A DNA stretch of 64,000 nt from assembly GCA_963748815.1 (NCBI GenBank), contig CAVVKJ010000005.1:384001-448000 (forward strand), in the 5' to 3' direction. Below, one piece after another: positions 20,107 to 29,619 of this stretch (position 1 is the stretch's first letter; each line of letters begins with the position of its first letter). A model generated the notes under the pieces. That model made no database searches, was not told the origin of the DNA, and worked only from the letters and a program-made list of their open reading frames with translations. The position numbers were made by a program, and so were the translations under genes. The DNA is from an uncultured Gemmatimonadales bacterium. Lineage in GTDB: Bacteria > Gemmatimonadota > Gemmatimonadetes > Gemmatimonadales > GWC2-71-9.

Positions 20107-20994
20107 ATGCGAAATACATCTCGCCTGCTGACCGGCGCCCTGCTGGCCACCACCATCGGCCTCGGCGCCTGCAGCGATTCGTCCGGCCCCAGCACCACCC
20201 CCCTCTCGGCTTCCAACGCCGCCGATGTCGGGGCCGCTGTGGCCAGCACCGCCGACCTGGCACTCGTCGGCATCGCCCCGACCATCCCCAATTTCGGGAC
20301 CGGATTCCCCCTCTTCTTCGCCAACGGTCGGTCAATTGGCGGCGGGATGACCTTCTCTCCCCCCGACTCGCTCCCCAACTGCCCCAGCGCCAGCAACCTG
20401 ACCGACACCGACGGTGACGGCGTGCCCGACAACGCCATGTGGACCTTCAGCGCCGCCGACTGCACCCAGACCGACATCGAGGGCAATCGGAGCGTGGTGA
20501 CCGGCACCGTGGTGCTCACCGATCCGGGCCTCACCGCCGGCTACGACCTGCAGCTCAACAGCCTGACCGGCCAGTACTACCAGAGCGGCGACACCAGCCC
20601 GGTCCTGCAGCTCATCATGGACGGCGACTGGTCGCTCCGCGGCACCAGCGAGACCATCGCCGCCGACCAGGACTACACCTACGTCCTGACCGTGCAGAAC
20701 GAGCGGGTGACGCTCGCCAACGACCTGGCCGTGGCCTTCAACGCCGCGAACGGCACCGCGATTTCCTGGGGCGTGCCGCTCCCCGACGGCACCATCAGCA
20801 TCGACGGCGCCTGGCGGGTGTCCTCGAGCCGAGAGACCCATGCGCTTACCCTGACCACCGTGACGCCGCTGTCGTACGACGCGGAGTGTGCGGGGATCAC
20901 GGCCGGCGTCATTGCGGCCCGCGGGACCGGCGGCACGGTGCGGGTCACCTGGACCGCCTGCGGCGTGCACACGGAGACGTTCACCGCCGATTGA
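20107..20994 (+). CDS. lipoprotein, beta-rich, unknown function
   Basis: signal peptide with LGAC lipobox; DTDGDGVPD Ca-binding-like motif. Confidence 0.8.
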   Translation: MRNTSRLLTGALLATTIGLGACSDSSGPSTTPLSASNAADVGAAVASTADLALVGIAPTIPNFGTGFPLFFANGRSIGGGMTFSPPDSLPNCPSASNLTDTDGDGVPDNAMWTFSAADCTQTDIEGNRSVVTGTVVLTDPGLTAGYDLQLNSLTGQYYQSGDTSPVLQLIMDGDWSLRGTSETIAADQDYTYVLTVQNERVTLANDLAVAFNAANGTAISWGVPLPDGTISIDGAWRVSSSRETHALTLTTVTPLSYDAECAGITAGVIAARGTGGTVRVTWTACGVHTETFTAD

Positions 20995-21014
20995 TCAAGT
21001 ACCCGGAAATGACC

Positions 21015-21056
21015 AAGGCCCGGCGGGAATCTCTCCCGACCGGGCCTTCGTTCTTC
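21015..21056. terminator. intrinsic terminator between convergent genes
   Basis: AAGGCCCGG-CGGGA/TCCCG-A-CCGGGCCTT stem followed by a T-rich tract. Confidence 0.65.
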
Positions 21057-21079
21057 CTGCTCCCGCTGCCGGGCAGCGC

Positions 21080-22097
21080 CTATCCCTGCTCCGATCCAGT
21101 CCTTCCGGTCCACCAGCTCCCTCACCACATCCTCGCTGGTCCGGTCCGCCGCCTCGGCGGCGAAATTGGTGACCACCCGGTGCCGCAGCACCGTCATCGC
21201 CACCGACCGCACGTCGTCGAGGTCCGCCATCGGGCGGCCCGCCAGCGCCGCGCGCGCCTTGGCACCGAGCACCAGGTACTGGGACGCGCGGGGGCCGGCC
21301 CCCCACTCGACATACTCCCGGATCAGCGCGGGGGCGCCCGGCTCGTTGGGCCGGGTCATCCGCGCCAGCGTCACCGCCGACTGGATCAGCTGCTTCGACA
21401 CCGGAATCCGCCGCACCAGCGCCTGCATGGCCAGGAGCTGCCTGCCGTCGAACACCGGCTCCAGCGCCGCCCCGCGGCTGCCGGTGGTCTGCTCGACGAT
21501 GGCCTCCTCCTCCGACTGCGACGGATACCCCACCCGCAGCTCGAACATGAAGCGGTCGAGCTGCGCCTCGGGGAGGGGGTAGGTCCCCTCCTGCTCGATC
21601 GGGTTCTGGGTGGCCAGCACGAAGAACGGCTCCGGCAGCGAGTAGGTCTGCCCACCCACCGTCACCTGGTGCTCCTGCATGGCCTGGAGCAGCGCGGCCT
21701 GGGTCTTCGGCGGGGTGCGGTTGATTTCGTCGGCCAGCACCACGTTGGCGAACACCGGGCCCTTCACGAACCGGAAGGCCCGCTTGCCGGTGGTGAGGTC
21801 CTCCTCGATGATTTCGGTGCCGGTGATGTCGCTCGGCATCAGGTCGGGGGTGAACTGCACCCGCTGGAAACTCAGCGCGAGGGCCTCGGCCACGGTGTGC
21901 ACCATCATCGTCTTGGCCAGCCCCGGCACGCCGATGAGGAGGGCGTGTCCCCCGGCCAGGATGGCGGCGAGGATGCCCTCCACGGCCTCCTCCTGCCCGA
22001 CGATGCGGCGCGCCACCTGCGCGCGGAGGCGGGTGGCGGCGGCGGCGAGTTGCCGGAGTTGTTCGACGTCGGAAGGGGGCGTGCTGGTGACGGTCAT
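21080..22097 (-). CDS. MoxR family AAA+ ATPase (stop probably shifted by a 1-nt indel near 21085)
   Basis: GVPGLAKT, RVQFTPDLMPSD, DEINRTPPKTQAALL and ATQNPIEQEGTYPLPEAQLDRF. Confidence 0.92.
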
Positions 22098-22156
22098 GTC
22101 CACTCGCGTTCAGGGTCTGGTGGCGCTACGGGCGGCGGGCCGGGAAAGTTGCACCG

Positions 22157-22606
22157 CTACTTGGCGGGCGCGTAGGCGTACTGCGAGGCGAGGCAAATCC
22201 ACTGCCCGTCCATGGTGCGCACCCAGGTGTCGGTCCAGACGACATGGACATGGAGGCTCGCCCCGTCACTGCCGGTGGTCATCAGGTTGGCTTCGCCGAG
22301 GTGGACGGCAGTCTGGCTGTAGACCAGGACCTTGTATTCGGGGTCGGGGACCGGCGCGAAGGTGGTGGTGCCGCGCTGGAGTTCCTTGAGGTACTTGCCC
22401 CGGTCCATCCGGCTGCCATCGGCGTTGGTCATGACGAAATCGGGCGACATGAAGGTCTCGACGGCCGACCAGTTGCCGAGGGAGATGGCCGTCCGCCACT
22501 GCACTTCCTTCTCGTGAATTCCCTTGCTGACGGCGGCGTCGGATTGCGCCGCCAGGGGGAGGCTGGCCAGGCAGAGCAGGAATGTCGCGCAGAGGGTGCG
22601 GAGCAT
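22157..22606 (-). CDS. secreted NTF2-like (DUF4440-type) protein
   Basis: signal peptide; SPDFV and WTDTWVR..GQW pattern. Confidence 0.75.
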   Translation of the reverse strand: MLRTLCATFLLCLASLPLAAQSDAAVSKGIHEKEVQWRTAISLGNWSAVETFMSPDFVMTNADGSRMDRGKYLKELQRGTTTFAPVPDPEYKVLVYSQTAVHLGEANLMTTGSDGASLHVHVVWTDTWVRTMDGQWICLASQYAYAPAK

Positions 22607-22742
22607 GGGTACCTCGTTCGGGGATGGCGGAATGTAATGAAACGGGGGGGTCGGGGGGCAGCGGGGCCGGGGGGCAGCGGGCCCAAGAGGTGAGGCAGAA
22701 ATTGCTTGCGCTTTTTTTCACAAGCCGCTAATTTCCCGCCCG

Positions 22743-23018
22743 ATGAAGGAGCCCACGGGGACTTCCCGCGAGGTCGGGGAGGGGTACAGGTACGTCTCCC
22801 TCGGCTTCACCTTTGCCGCCGGGATCATCTTCTTCATGGGGATGGGCTGGCTGCTGGACCGCTGGCTCGGCTGGACGCCGATCCTGACGGTGGCGGGGAC
22901 GCTCTTCGGGGCCGTGATGAGCTTCCTGAACGTGTACTGGAAGCTCCAGGCGGACGAACAGCGCTACCGCAAGGAGCACCCCCATCCAGGCGGCAAGGGT
23001 CCGGGGGCGCGCCCGTGA
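22743..23018 (+). CDS. AtpZ/AtpI family protein
   Basis: two TM helices with GWLLDRWLG; first gene of the atp cluster. Confidence 0.85.
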   Translation: MKEPTGTSREVGEGYRYVSLGFTFAAGIIFFMGMGWLLDRWLGWTPILTVAGTLFGAVMSFLNVYWKLQADEQRYRKEHPHPGGKGPGARP

Positions 23019-23356
23019 AGCAGCTGGCAGTCGGCCTGGGGCTGACGGCGGTGGTGACCGCCCTCCTGGTCTGGGGGTTTGGACCGGAGGCGTTCTTGCC
23101 CGGAGTGGCGTTCGGGGCCGTGGCGACCGCCATCCAGCTCATTGCCGGAGTGTTCCTGCGGCGGGCGGTCGGCCAGCCATTCGAGCAGCTCCTGAAGGCG
23201 TGGGGCATCGGCATGGGACTTCGGGTGCTCGGGATGTTCCTCTTCCTGGGCGCGGTGCTGGCTGACCGGACGTTGTTTCCGCCGCTCCCGACGGCACTGG
23301 CGTTCCTGGGGGTGCTGATTCCCCTGATGTTCTCGGACCTACGGACGATACGATGA
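23015..23356 (+). CDS. ATP synthase protein I-like membrane protein
   Basis: 4 TM helices; GTG overlaps the upstream stop; lies before atpB. Confidence 0.7.
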   Translation: MKQLAVGLGLTAVVTALLVWGFGPEAFLPGVAFGAVATAIQLIAGVFLRRAVGQPFEQLLKAWGIGMGLRVLGMFLFLGAVLADRTLFPPLPTALAFLGVLIPLMFSDLRTIR

Positions 23357-24213
23357 TGCTTGGTCAGGGCCCCGACATCGGCGAGATGGTGCTCCACCAC
23401 ACGGCGGACGCCTGGACGATCGATCTGTACCCGTTCGGCGCGATCCACCTGCCGCGCTGGGCCGATGTCCATCTGGGCGCGCTCACGCTCAACCTGTCCC
23501 CCACCAAGCACGTGGTGTACCTGGCGCTCTCGGCGCTGCTCGTCTTCCTGACGATGTGGCTCACCGGGCGCTCGCTGCGGCGCCAGCGAGCCGGCCAGCA
23601 CGCGCCGAAGGGGTTTGCCGCGGCGATGGAGGGGATGGTTCTCTTCGTCCGGGACGACATCGCCATCGCCAACATCGGCAAGGACGGCGCGAAGTTCGCC
23701 CCGCTGATCATGGCGCTCTTCTTCTTCATTCTCTACGCCAACCTGCTCGGTCTCGTCCCCTACGGCGCTTCGCCCACCGGCAACCTGGCGGTGACGGCGG
23801 CGCTCGCCCTCCTCGTGTTCGTGACGGTGGAAATCGGCGGGATGATGAAGCTCGGCACCAAGGGGTACCTGGGGACGATCTTCCCGCACGTGCCCGGGAT
23901 GCACGGGCCCGGCGCGGTGGCCTTTTCCCTGTTCATGGCGCCGGTCGAAATCCTCGGCAAGCTGGTCAAGCCCTTCGCCCTGGCGGTCCGTCTCTTCGGC
24001 AACATGACGGCAGGGCACTTCGTGATTCTCTCGCTCTTCGGCATCATCTTCCTCTTCGGCGAGATCCAGGGGTGGAACTGGGCCATCGGCGGCCTCACCG
24101 CCGTGCTGGTGGTGGGGGTGATGATGCTGGAACTGATCGTGGCGTTCCTGCAGGCGTATGTTTTCGCGCTGCTGTCCGCCGTGTTCATCGGGATGATGCA
24201 GGTCGAGCACTAG
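23353..24213 (+). CDS. atpB: ATP synthase Fo subunit a
   Basis: KPFALAVRLFGNMTAGH and VAFLQAYVF motifs. Confidence 0.96.
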   Translation: MMLGQGPDIGEMVLHHTADAWTIDLYPFGAIHLPRWADVHLGALTLNLSPTKHVVYLALSALLVFLTMWLTGRSLRRQRAGQHAPKGFAAAMEGMVLFVRDDIAIANIGKDGAKFAPLIMALFFFILYANLLGLVPYGASPTGNLAVTAALALLVFVTVEIGGMMKLGTKGYLGTIFPHVPGMHGPGAVAFSLFMAPVEILGKLVKPFALAVRLFGNMTAGHFVILSLFGIIFLFGEIQGWNWAIGGLTAVLVVGVMMLELIVAFLQAYVFALLSAVFIGMMQVEH

Positions 24214-24406
24214 CAGGCGCAGGGCCCCGACGGCGCGCGCTGCCGCCGCCGGGTTGACAGGTCGTCCGCCGATTGGCGGATGATGCGCCCGCTGGCCCCC
24301 TCGTGGGGCCGATGGCGGGCCGCCGTGAAGGACCGCGCTGGAGACGCGGTGCCGGACCGGGTGGCGCAACAACCAGACATCTCCACTCTTGAACAGGACT
24401 GACCAC

Positions 24407-24694
24407 ATGTTTCTCCTCAATCTCGTGCAGGACATGGCCCCGACCGGCGCCGACATGGTGGCCGCCGCGAAGAACTCCTACGCCCTCCTCGGCGCCGCCC
24501 TCGGCATCGGCCTCGCCATCATCGGCGCGGGCATCGGCCTCGGCCGCATCGGTGGCCAGGCGGCCGAAGCGATCGCGCGCCAGCCCGAGGCCGCCGGCGA
24601 GATCCGTGGCGCCGCGCTGCTGATCGCGGTGCTCCTCGAAGGCGCCACGATCATCGCGCTGGTGTTCGCCCTGCTCTTCAAGCTCATCGCGTAA
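24407..24694 (+). CDS. atpE: ATP synthase Fo subunit c
   Basis: GxGxGxG helix, ARQPE loop and LLEG carboxylate. Confidence 0.95.
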   Translation: MFLLNLVQDMAPTGADMVAAAKNSYALLGAALGIGLAIIGAGIGLGRIGGQAAEAIARQPEAAGEIRGAALLIAVLLEGATIIALVFALLFKLIA

Positions 24695-24703
24695 GGCGGC
24701 TCC

Positions 24704-25246
24704 ATGTATTCCGTGTTGCTCGCGTCATCCGAGGGCGCTGCCGGAGCCCCGATGTCACCCTTCGAGGTGAACTTCGGGCTCTTCTTCTGGACCTGGATCG
24801 TGTTCGGCATGCTCTTCTTCCTCCTGAAGAAGTATGCCTGGCCCGCCATCCTCACGGTGACCGAGCAGCGCGAGGAGACGATCCGTCGTCACCTGGCGGA
24901 AGCGGAGCAGGCGCACGAGAAGGCCGCGGCGTTGCTCGCCGAGCAGCAGAAGCTGCTCGGCGAGTCGCGCACGCAGGCGCAGTCCATCCTGGCGGAGGCG
25001 AAGACGGCCTCCGAGCGGGAGCGGGCGGCGGCGGTGCAGAAGACCCGCGACGAGCAGGACCAGCTCCTGGCCCGCGCCCGCCGCGAGATTGCTGCGGAAG
25101 GGGAGAAGGCCCGGCAGGAACTCCGCCGCGAGGCGGTGGACCTCTCGCTGGCCGCGGCGTCCAAGCTCATCGGTGAGCGGCTCAGCGCCGACGCCGACAA
25201 GAAGATCGTGATGGACTTCCTGAGCACGCTGGAGTCGACGCATTGA
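24704..25246 (+). CDS. atpF: ATP synthase Fo subunit b
   Basis: N-terminal TM helix, KYAWPAI and coiled coil. Confidence 0.94.
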   Translation: MYSVLLASSEGAAGAPMSPFEVNFGLFFWTWIVFGMLFFLLKKYAWPAILTVTEQREETIRRHLAEAEQAHEKAAALLAEQQKLLGESRTQAQSILAEAKTASERERAAAVQKTRDEQDQLLARARREIAAEGEKARQELRREAVDLSLAAASKLIGERLSADADKKIVMDFLSTLESTH

Positions 25247-25779
25247 GGCACGAAGCGATCGCCCGGAACTACGCCGAGGCGCTGTTCGCACTCGGTGAGC
25301 AGGAGGGGCAAACCGAGAAGTACGGCGACCTCCTCGGTGCCCTCGCCGTCGCGGTGGCCGGGACACCGCAGGTGCAGGCGGTCATGCTGTCGCCCCGGGT
25401 GCCGAAGAATGCCAAGGCCCAGTTGCTGGCCGACGCGCTCCCCGATGCGCCGAAGCCGTTCGTGCTCTTCCTGCAGGCGTTGGTCAAGCGGGGCCGGCAG
25501 GGGCTGCTGGCCGAGATCTACTCGGTGTACGGCGCGATGGTGGATGCCAAGCTCAACCGGGTGCGCGTCGTCGTGACGCTCGCGCATGCTGCCGACCGCG
25601 CGCTGGCCGACCAGATCGCCGCCGCCCTGACCAAGGCGCTCGGCAAGCAGGCGCTGGTGGGTTTCGCCACCGATCCCGCCATTCTCGGCGGCTCCGTGGT
25701 GCGCGTGGGCGACCGGGTGCACGACGGGTCGCTGCGCCGGAAGATGATCATGCTCCGGCGGCAATTGTTGAATCGCTAG
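25243..25779 (+). CDS. atpH: ATP synthase F1 subunit delta
   Basis: IARNYAEAL and DPAILGGSVVRVGDRVHDGS motifs. Confidence 0.94.
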   Translation: MRHEAIARNYAEALFALGEQEGQTEKYGDLLGALAVAVAGTPQVQAVMLSPRVPKNAKAQLLADALPDAPKPFVLFLQALVKRGRQGLLAEIYSVYGAMVDAKLNRVRVVVTLAHAADRALADQIAAALTKALGKQALVGFATDPAILGGSVVRVGDRVHDGSLRRKMIMLRRQLLNR

Positions 25780-25798
25780 CGTCCGGCGCACCGATGTC

Positions 25799-25833
25799 GA
25801 AACGGGTCCATCCGCGAGGGTGGGCCCGTTTTC
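25799..25833 (+). terminator. intrinsic terminator after atpH
   Basis: GAAACGGGTCCATC-CGCGA-GGGTGGGCCCGTTTTC. Confidence 0.7.
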
Positions 25834-25857
25834 TTGGGATCCCAGCGGAGCGTATGC

Positions 25858-26441
25858 CGGGGTGGGCGTATGCCCACCCCTAGCGCACAACGACGCAATT
25901 TCGGTTGGGGATGGACCTCGAATTGGTCGACTGTCGGGATCGGTGAATCTGCTCCTGATTCTGGACGTAGCTCCGAAGAGTGTCGTCGTCCCGTGGGTCC
26001 ACGCCGGCGGCGGAGTAGCCGCGCTGCCATTCGAAGGCAATGAGGCCTGGGTGAGTTCGGCGGACCCATGCCGTCGAGTTGGCCTTGAGCGCGTTGACGA
26101 GGGCGGAAATCGTGGTTTGGGGTGACAGCATCACGTAGAGGTGAACATGATCCACCCAGCCCCCGATGGCGATTGGGTGGGAGTGCAGCCGATGTGCGAT
26201 GCCTCCCAAGACCTCAAACACCCTTGGCCGGAGTCCTTCCGCCAGCCAGGGATGCCGCATCTTGGTGGCCCAGACAAGGTGGACTCCCACACGACACCGT
26301 GAACGCATGCCCATACCTCCGTCCCTGCAACCTCCTCCAAAACGACTCCACCCGCGTCATCCATTCATCCGCATCCGGTGCAGAATATCCCGCCTCGAAA
26401 TTGCGCCTGTCAGCGATAGGGGTGGGCATACGCCCACCCCG
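25858..26441. mobile_element. Y1 transposase unit bounded by inverted REP-like palindromes (REPtron/IS200-like)
   Basis: 25858-25882 is the exact reverse complement of 26417-26441 (TAGGGGTGGGCATACGCCCACCCCG). Confidence 0.75.
25880..26314 (-). CDS. tnpA: IS200/IS605-family (RAYT-like) HUH Y1 transposase
   Basis: HLVWATK.R, DHVH (HUH), LK..S, WQRGY and YVQNQ catalytic Tyr. Confidence 0.9.
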   Translation of the reverse strand: MGMRSRCRVGVHLVWATKMRHPWLAEGLRPRVFEVLGGIAHRLHSHPIAIGGWVDHVHLYVMLSPQTTISALVNALKANSTAWVRRTHPGLIAFEWQRGYSAAGVDPRDDDTLRSYVQNQEQIHRSRQSTNSRSIPNRNCVVVR

Positions 26442-26506
26442 TGGTCACGCCCACCCCGTGGTCACGCCCACCCCGTGGTCACGCCCACCCGTGGTCACGC
26501 CGACCC
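26441..26506 (+). repeat. 4x tandem 16-17 bp GTGGTCACGCCCACCCC
   Basis: copies at 26441, 26458, 26475 and 26491. Confidence 0.9.
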
Positions 26507-26611
26507 GGAGGCGATCCGCGCCCCGCTGTTCCTTCCACGCCATCGACTCCGACCCTGACCCCCTAGTAACTTTCCAGCGACCTCACTCGTCCCCGAATCC
26601 CGGACCCCACG

Positions 26612-29587
26612 ATGCTCATTCCTCTTTTTGCCCTGGCACTCGTGCAGCAGCAGGCCACCCCCGGCGCCGGTCCCACGCCGTACTGGCAGCAGTTCGTGGC
26701 CTACGAAATCGATGCCTCGCTGGATGAACCGAGTGGAGTTCTCTCGGGTCGCCAGCAGTTGATGTACCGGAACAACTCCCCGGACACCCTCCGGCAGATC
26801 AGCTTCCACCTCTACCTCAACGCCTTCCGACCCGGCAGCCGCTGGTCGGACGCCGATTCGCTCGAGAACACCCGCCGGTTCAACGATCTCACCGACCCCA
26901 ACTACGGGTTCAATCACGTCCGCAACGTGCGACTGATGGGGTACATCGTCGAACCGATCTATCCCTTTGCGCCCGACAGCACCGTCGTCCGGTTCATGCT
27001 GCCGAAGCCGCTGGCGCCGGGGGATTCACTCGTCGGCGAGATGGACTGGGACGCCCGACCGTCCATCCCCCCGCGGCGCCAGGGCCGGCGGGGCCGGGCC
27101 TTCGACTTCGCGCAGTGGTACCCCCGGGTGGTGACCTACGACCAGTTCGGGTGGGAAGAGCACCCGCTCTATCCTGCCGGGGAGTTCTACGGGGAATTCG
27201 GGACCTTCCTCCTGCGGCTCGACGTGGCCGAGGACCAGGTCATCGGCGCCACGGGGGTGCCGCTCTGCGGTGACCCCGGGTGGGCACGCGCCAACCAGCA
27301 GCCGAACCGGCGCATCGACTACGGGCGCGACTTCTACGGAGATCCCGCCGGCTTCAAGTGCGGCAGCAAGGCGCCGGCGCCCGGCCGGAAGGTCGTGACG
27401 TGGTACGCGGCGGACGTCCACCACTTTGCGATGTCGCTCAATCCGGAGTATCGCTACGAGGGAGGGCGGTGGGGCGGGGTGGCGGTCCACGTGCTCTACC
27501 AGCCTGGGGACGAGAAAAGCTGGGGCGGCGGGGTGGCCGTGCAGCGCACCGAGAAGGCGCTCGCCTGGCTGAACCAGACCTTCGGCGCCTTCCCCTGGCC
27601 GCAGGTTACCAACGTGCACCGCATCGAAGGGGGCGGCACCGAATTCCCGATGATGATCATGGACGGCTCCGCCTCCGAGGGGCTGATCGTCCACGAACTG
27701 GGCCACAACTACGTCATGGGCATCCTGGCCAACAACGAATGGCGCGAGGGGTGGCTCGACGAGGGGTTCACCTCCTACCAGGAGGGGCTCTATGCCGAGG
27801 CCAACGGCGGAAGCGCCGGCGTCGCGGGCACCGAACAGTTTCTCCTCGGCATGCAGCTCGACGGGTACGCCGAGCCGTACAGCATGGTGAGCAACGAGTA
27901 CCGGGACTTCTTCACCTACAGCGCCAGCATCTATTCCGGCGGCGAGCTCTTCCTGCGCCGTCTCCAGTACGTGGTCGGCGACTCCACCATGCAGGCGGTG
28001 CTCCGGCGCTATTACGAGCAGTGGAAACTGAAGCACGTGAACGAAGACCGGTTCCGGGCGGTCGCGGAGGAAACCTCGCGGCAGAGCCTCGGCGCGTTCT
28101 TTTCCCAGCAGCTGCACGGGGTGGACCTGACCGACTACGCCCTCGGCCGCACCAGTCGCACGCAGGCCCCCGATGGCGGCTGGGTGACGCGCGTCGAGGT
28201 CATTCGCAAGGCGCCCAGACAGATCCCGGTGGAAGTGCAGGTCACGGGAACGGCGGATACGGTCACCGTGCGTTCGGCGGGGGTGGCGGAGCGGGAATGG
28301 GTCGTGGTGCGGACTCGCACCGAGCCGACCGGCGTCACCCTCGACCCGCGGGTTCAGACCGGCGACTGGAACTTCCTGAACAACCACACGTCGTTCGGGC
28401 TCCTTTCCGACGGCGGCCGGACCGAGCCCTACCTCGACACCTATTTCTCGACCAGGACCGCGCGCGACCACCGGACCCTCGGCCTGGCGCCGGAGGCGTG
28501 GTACAACGACGCCGGCGGCGTGACGCTCGGCCTCCGCGGCCGATCGGACTACCTGGGGCGGTTCGACCAGAACGTGCTCTCCATTACCGGCGGCACCGGG
28601 TGGGGCGCCGACGACCCGGTCACCAACATCGATGTCTTTGCCCGGGTCAAGAATCCCACGGCGTTGCGCTCCCCCAACATGACCCAGGTCTTCGAGGGGT
28701 TCAGCATGGAAGGGCGCGCGGGTGCCACGGTCGTGCTGGAGAAGAAGCGGCGCGACCATCGGAGCTTTGGGCCTACGGTCACCAAGGGGCTCTCGCTTCG
28801 CTGGGTCGCCGTGACCGACACCGCCTTCCTCGATCCGGGGTACTACCAGGACGCCGGGACGGGCGAGGCCACGGTGTACGGTGGAGTCAGCACCCGTTCG
28901 GGCGCCTGGCAGCTCGGCGTCAACGCCTCGGTCGGCGGCGGCGTCATGTACGACAATGAGGGACCCGGCATGACCACCAACGACCGGTATGACACGCAGG
29001 GCTATTTCCGCGGGTCCCTGGTGGCCACGGCGCGGCGCGCCTTCGACAAGACCTCCCTGGCCTTCCGTGGCTACGCCGGCGCTGCGCTGGCCCACGATCC
29101 GGTGGTCAAGCAGCGGCAGATCTACCTGGCCGGCGCCGACCCCTACGAGCAGATCTACAACCCGTTCCTCCGTTCGGAGGGGGCGCTCCTGGTCCGTCCC
29201 GGGGTGTATTACCAGGCGCCTGGCGGTGCCAACCTGCGCGGATTCGACCCGCACATCAGCTCCCGGCAGGCGTACGGCGTCAACGCACAGATCGAGCGGA
29301 CGCTCGTTTCGCGCCGGGGCGCGAAGCTCTTCAGCACCGTCAGCCTCAGCCTCTGGGGTGACGCCGCCTGGGCCGACCCGCCGAGCGGCACGGAGGCGTA
29401 CGGCGCGCTGCGAGGGTTCTATGACGCCGGCCTCGGCGTGAGCGCGTCGCACCGCATCGGCCAGACCTCGTTCGTGACGCGGTTCGACATGCCCTTCTTC
29501 GTGAGCCAGGCGTCGCGGGCCCAGGATGCGGACCCGACCGAGCAGGTGGGGTTCCGGTGGCTGTTCAGCTTCGCGCCGGCCTTCTAG
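26612..29587 (+). CDS. M1 family metallopeptidase with C-terminal beta-barrel-like region
   Basis: signal peptide; GGTEFPM, HELGH..WLDEGF; amphipathic strands ending in Phe. Confidence 0.85.
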   Translation: MLIPLFALALVQQQATPGAGPTPYWQQFVAYEIDASLDEPSGVLSGRQQLMYRNNSPDTLRQISFHLYLNAFRPGSRWSDADSLENTRRFNDLTDPNYGFNHVRNVRLMGYIVEPIYPFAPDSTVVRFMLPKPLAPGDSLVGEMDWDARPSIPPRRQGRRGRAFDFAQWYPRVVTYDQFGWEEHPLYPAGEFYGEFGTFLLRLDVAEDQVIGATGVPLCGDPGWARANQQPNRRIDYGRDFYGDPAGFKCGSKAPAPGRKVVTWYAADVHHFAMSLNPEYRYEGGRWGGVAVHVLYQPGDEKSWGGGVAVQRTEKALAWLNQTFGAFPWPQVTNVHRIEGGGTEFPMMIMDGSASEGLIVHELGHNYVMGILANNEWREGWLDEGFTSYQEGLYAEANGGSAGVAGTEQFLLGMQLDGYAEPYSMVSNEYRDFFTYSASIYSGGELFLRRLQYVVGDSTMQAVLRRYYEQWKLKHVNEDRFRAVAEETSRQSLGAFFSQQLHGVDLTDYALGRTSRTQAPDGGWVTRVEVIRKAPRQIPVEVQVTGTADTVTVRSAGVAEREWVVVRTRTEPTGVTLDPRVQTGDWNFLNNHTSFGLLSDGGRTEPYLDTYFSTRTARDHRTLGLAPEAWYNDAGGVTLGLRGRSDYLGRFDQNVLSITGGTGWGADDPVTNIDVFARVKNPTALRSPNMTQVFEGFSMEGRAGATVVLEKKRRDHRSFGPTVTKGLSLRWVAVTDTAFLDPGYYQDAGTGEATVYGGVSTRSGAWQLGVNASVGGGVMYDNEGPGMTTNDRYDTQGYFRGSLVATARRAFDKTSLAFRGYAGAALAHDPVVKQRQIYLAGADPYEQIYNPFLRSEGALLVRPGVYYQAPGGANLRGFDPHISSRQAYGVNAQIERTLVSRRGAKLFSTVSLSLWGDAAWADPPSGTEAYGALRGFYDAGLGVSASHRIGQTSFVTRFDMPFFVSQASRAQDADPTEQVGFRWLFSFAPAF

Positions 29588-29619
29588 GGGAGAGGCCCGC
29601 ACCCCGCTAGACTTCCAGC

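Noticed and set aside
26417..26506. CRISPR array
   Set aside because: Repeats abut with no unique spacers, and there are no cas genes.
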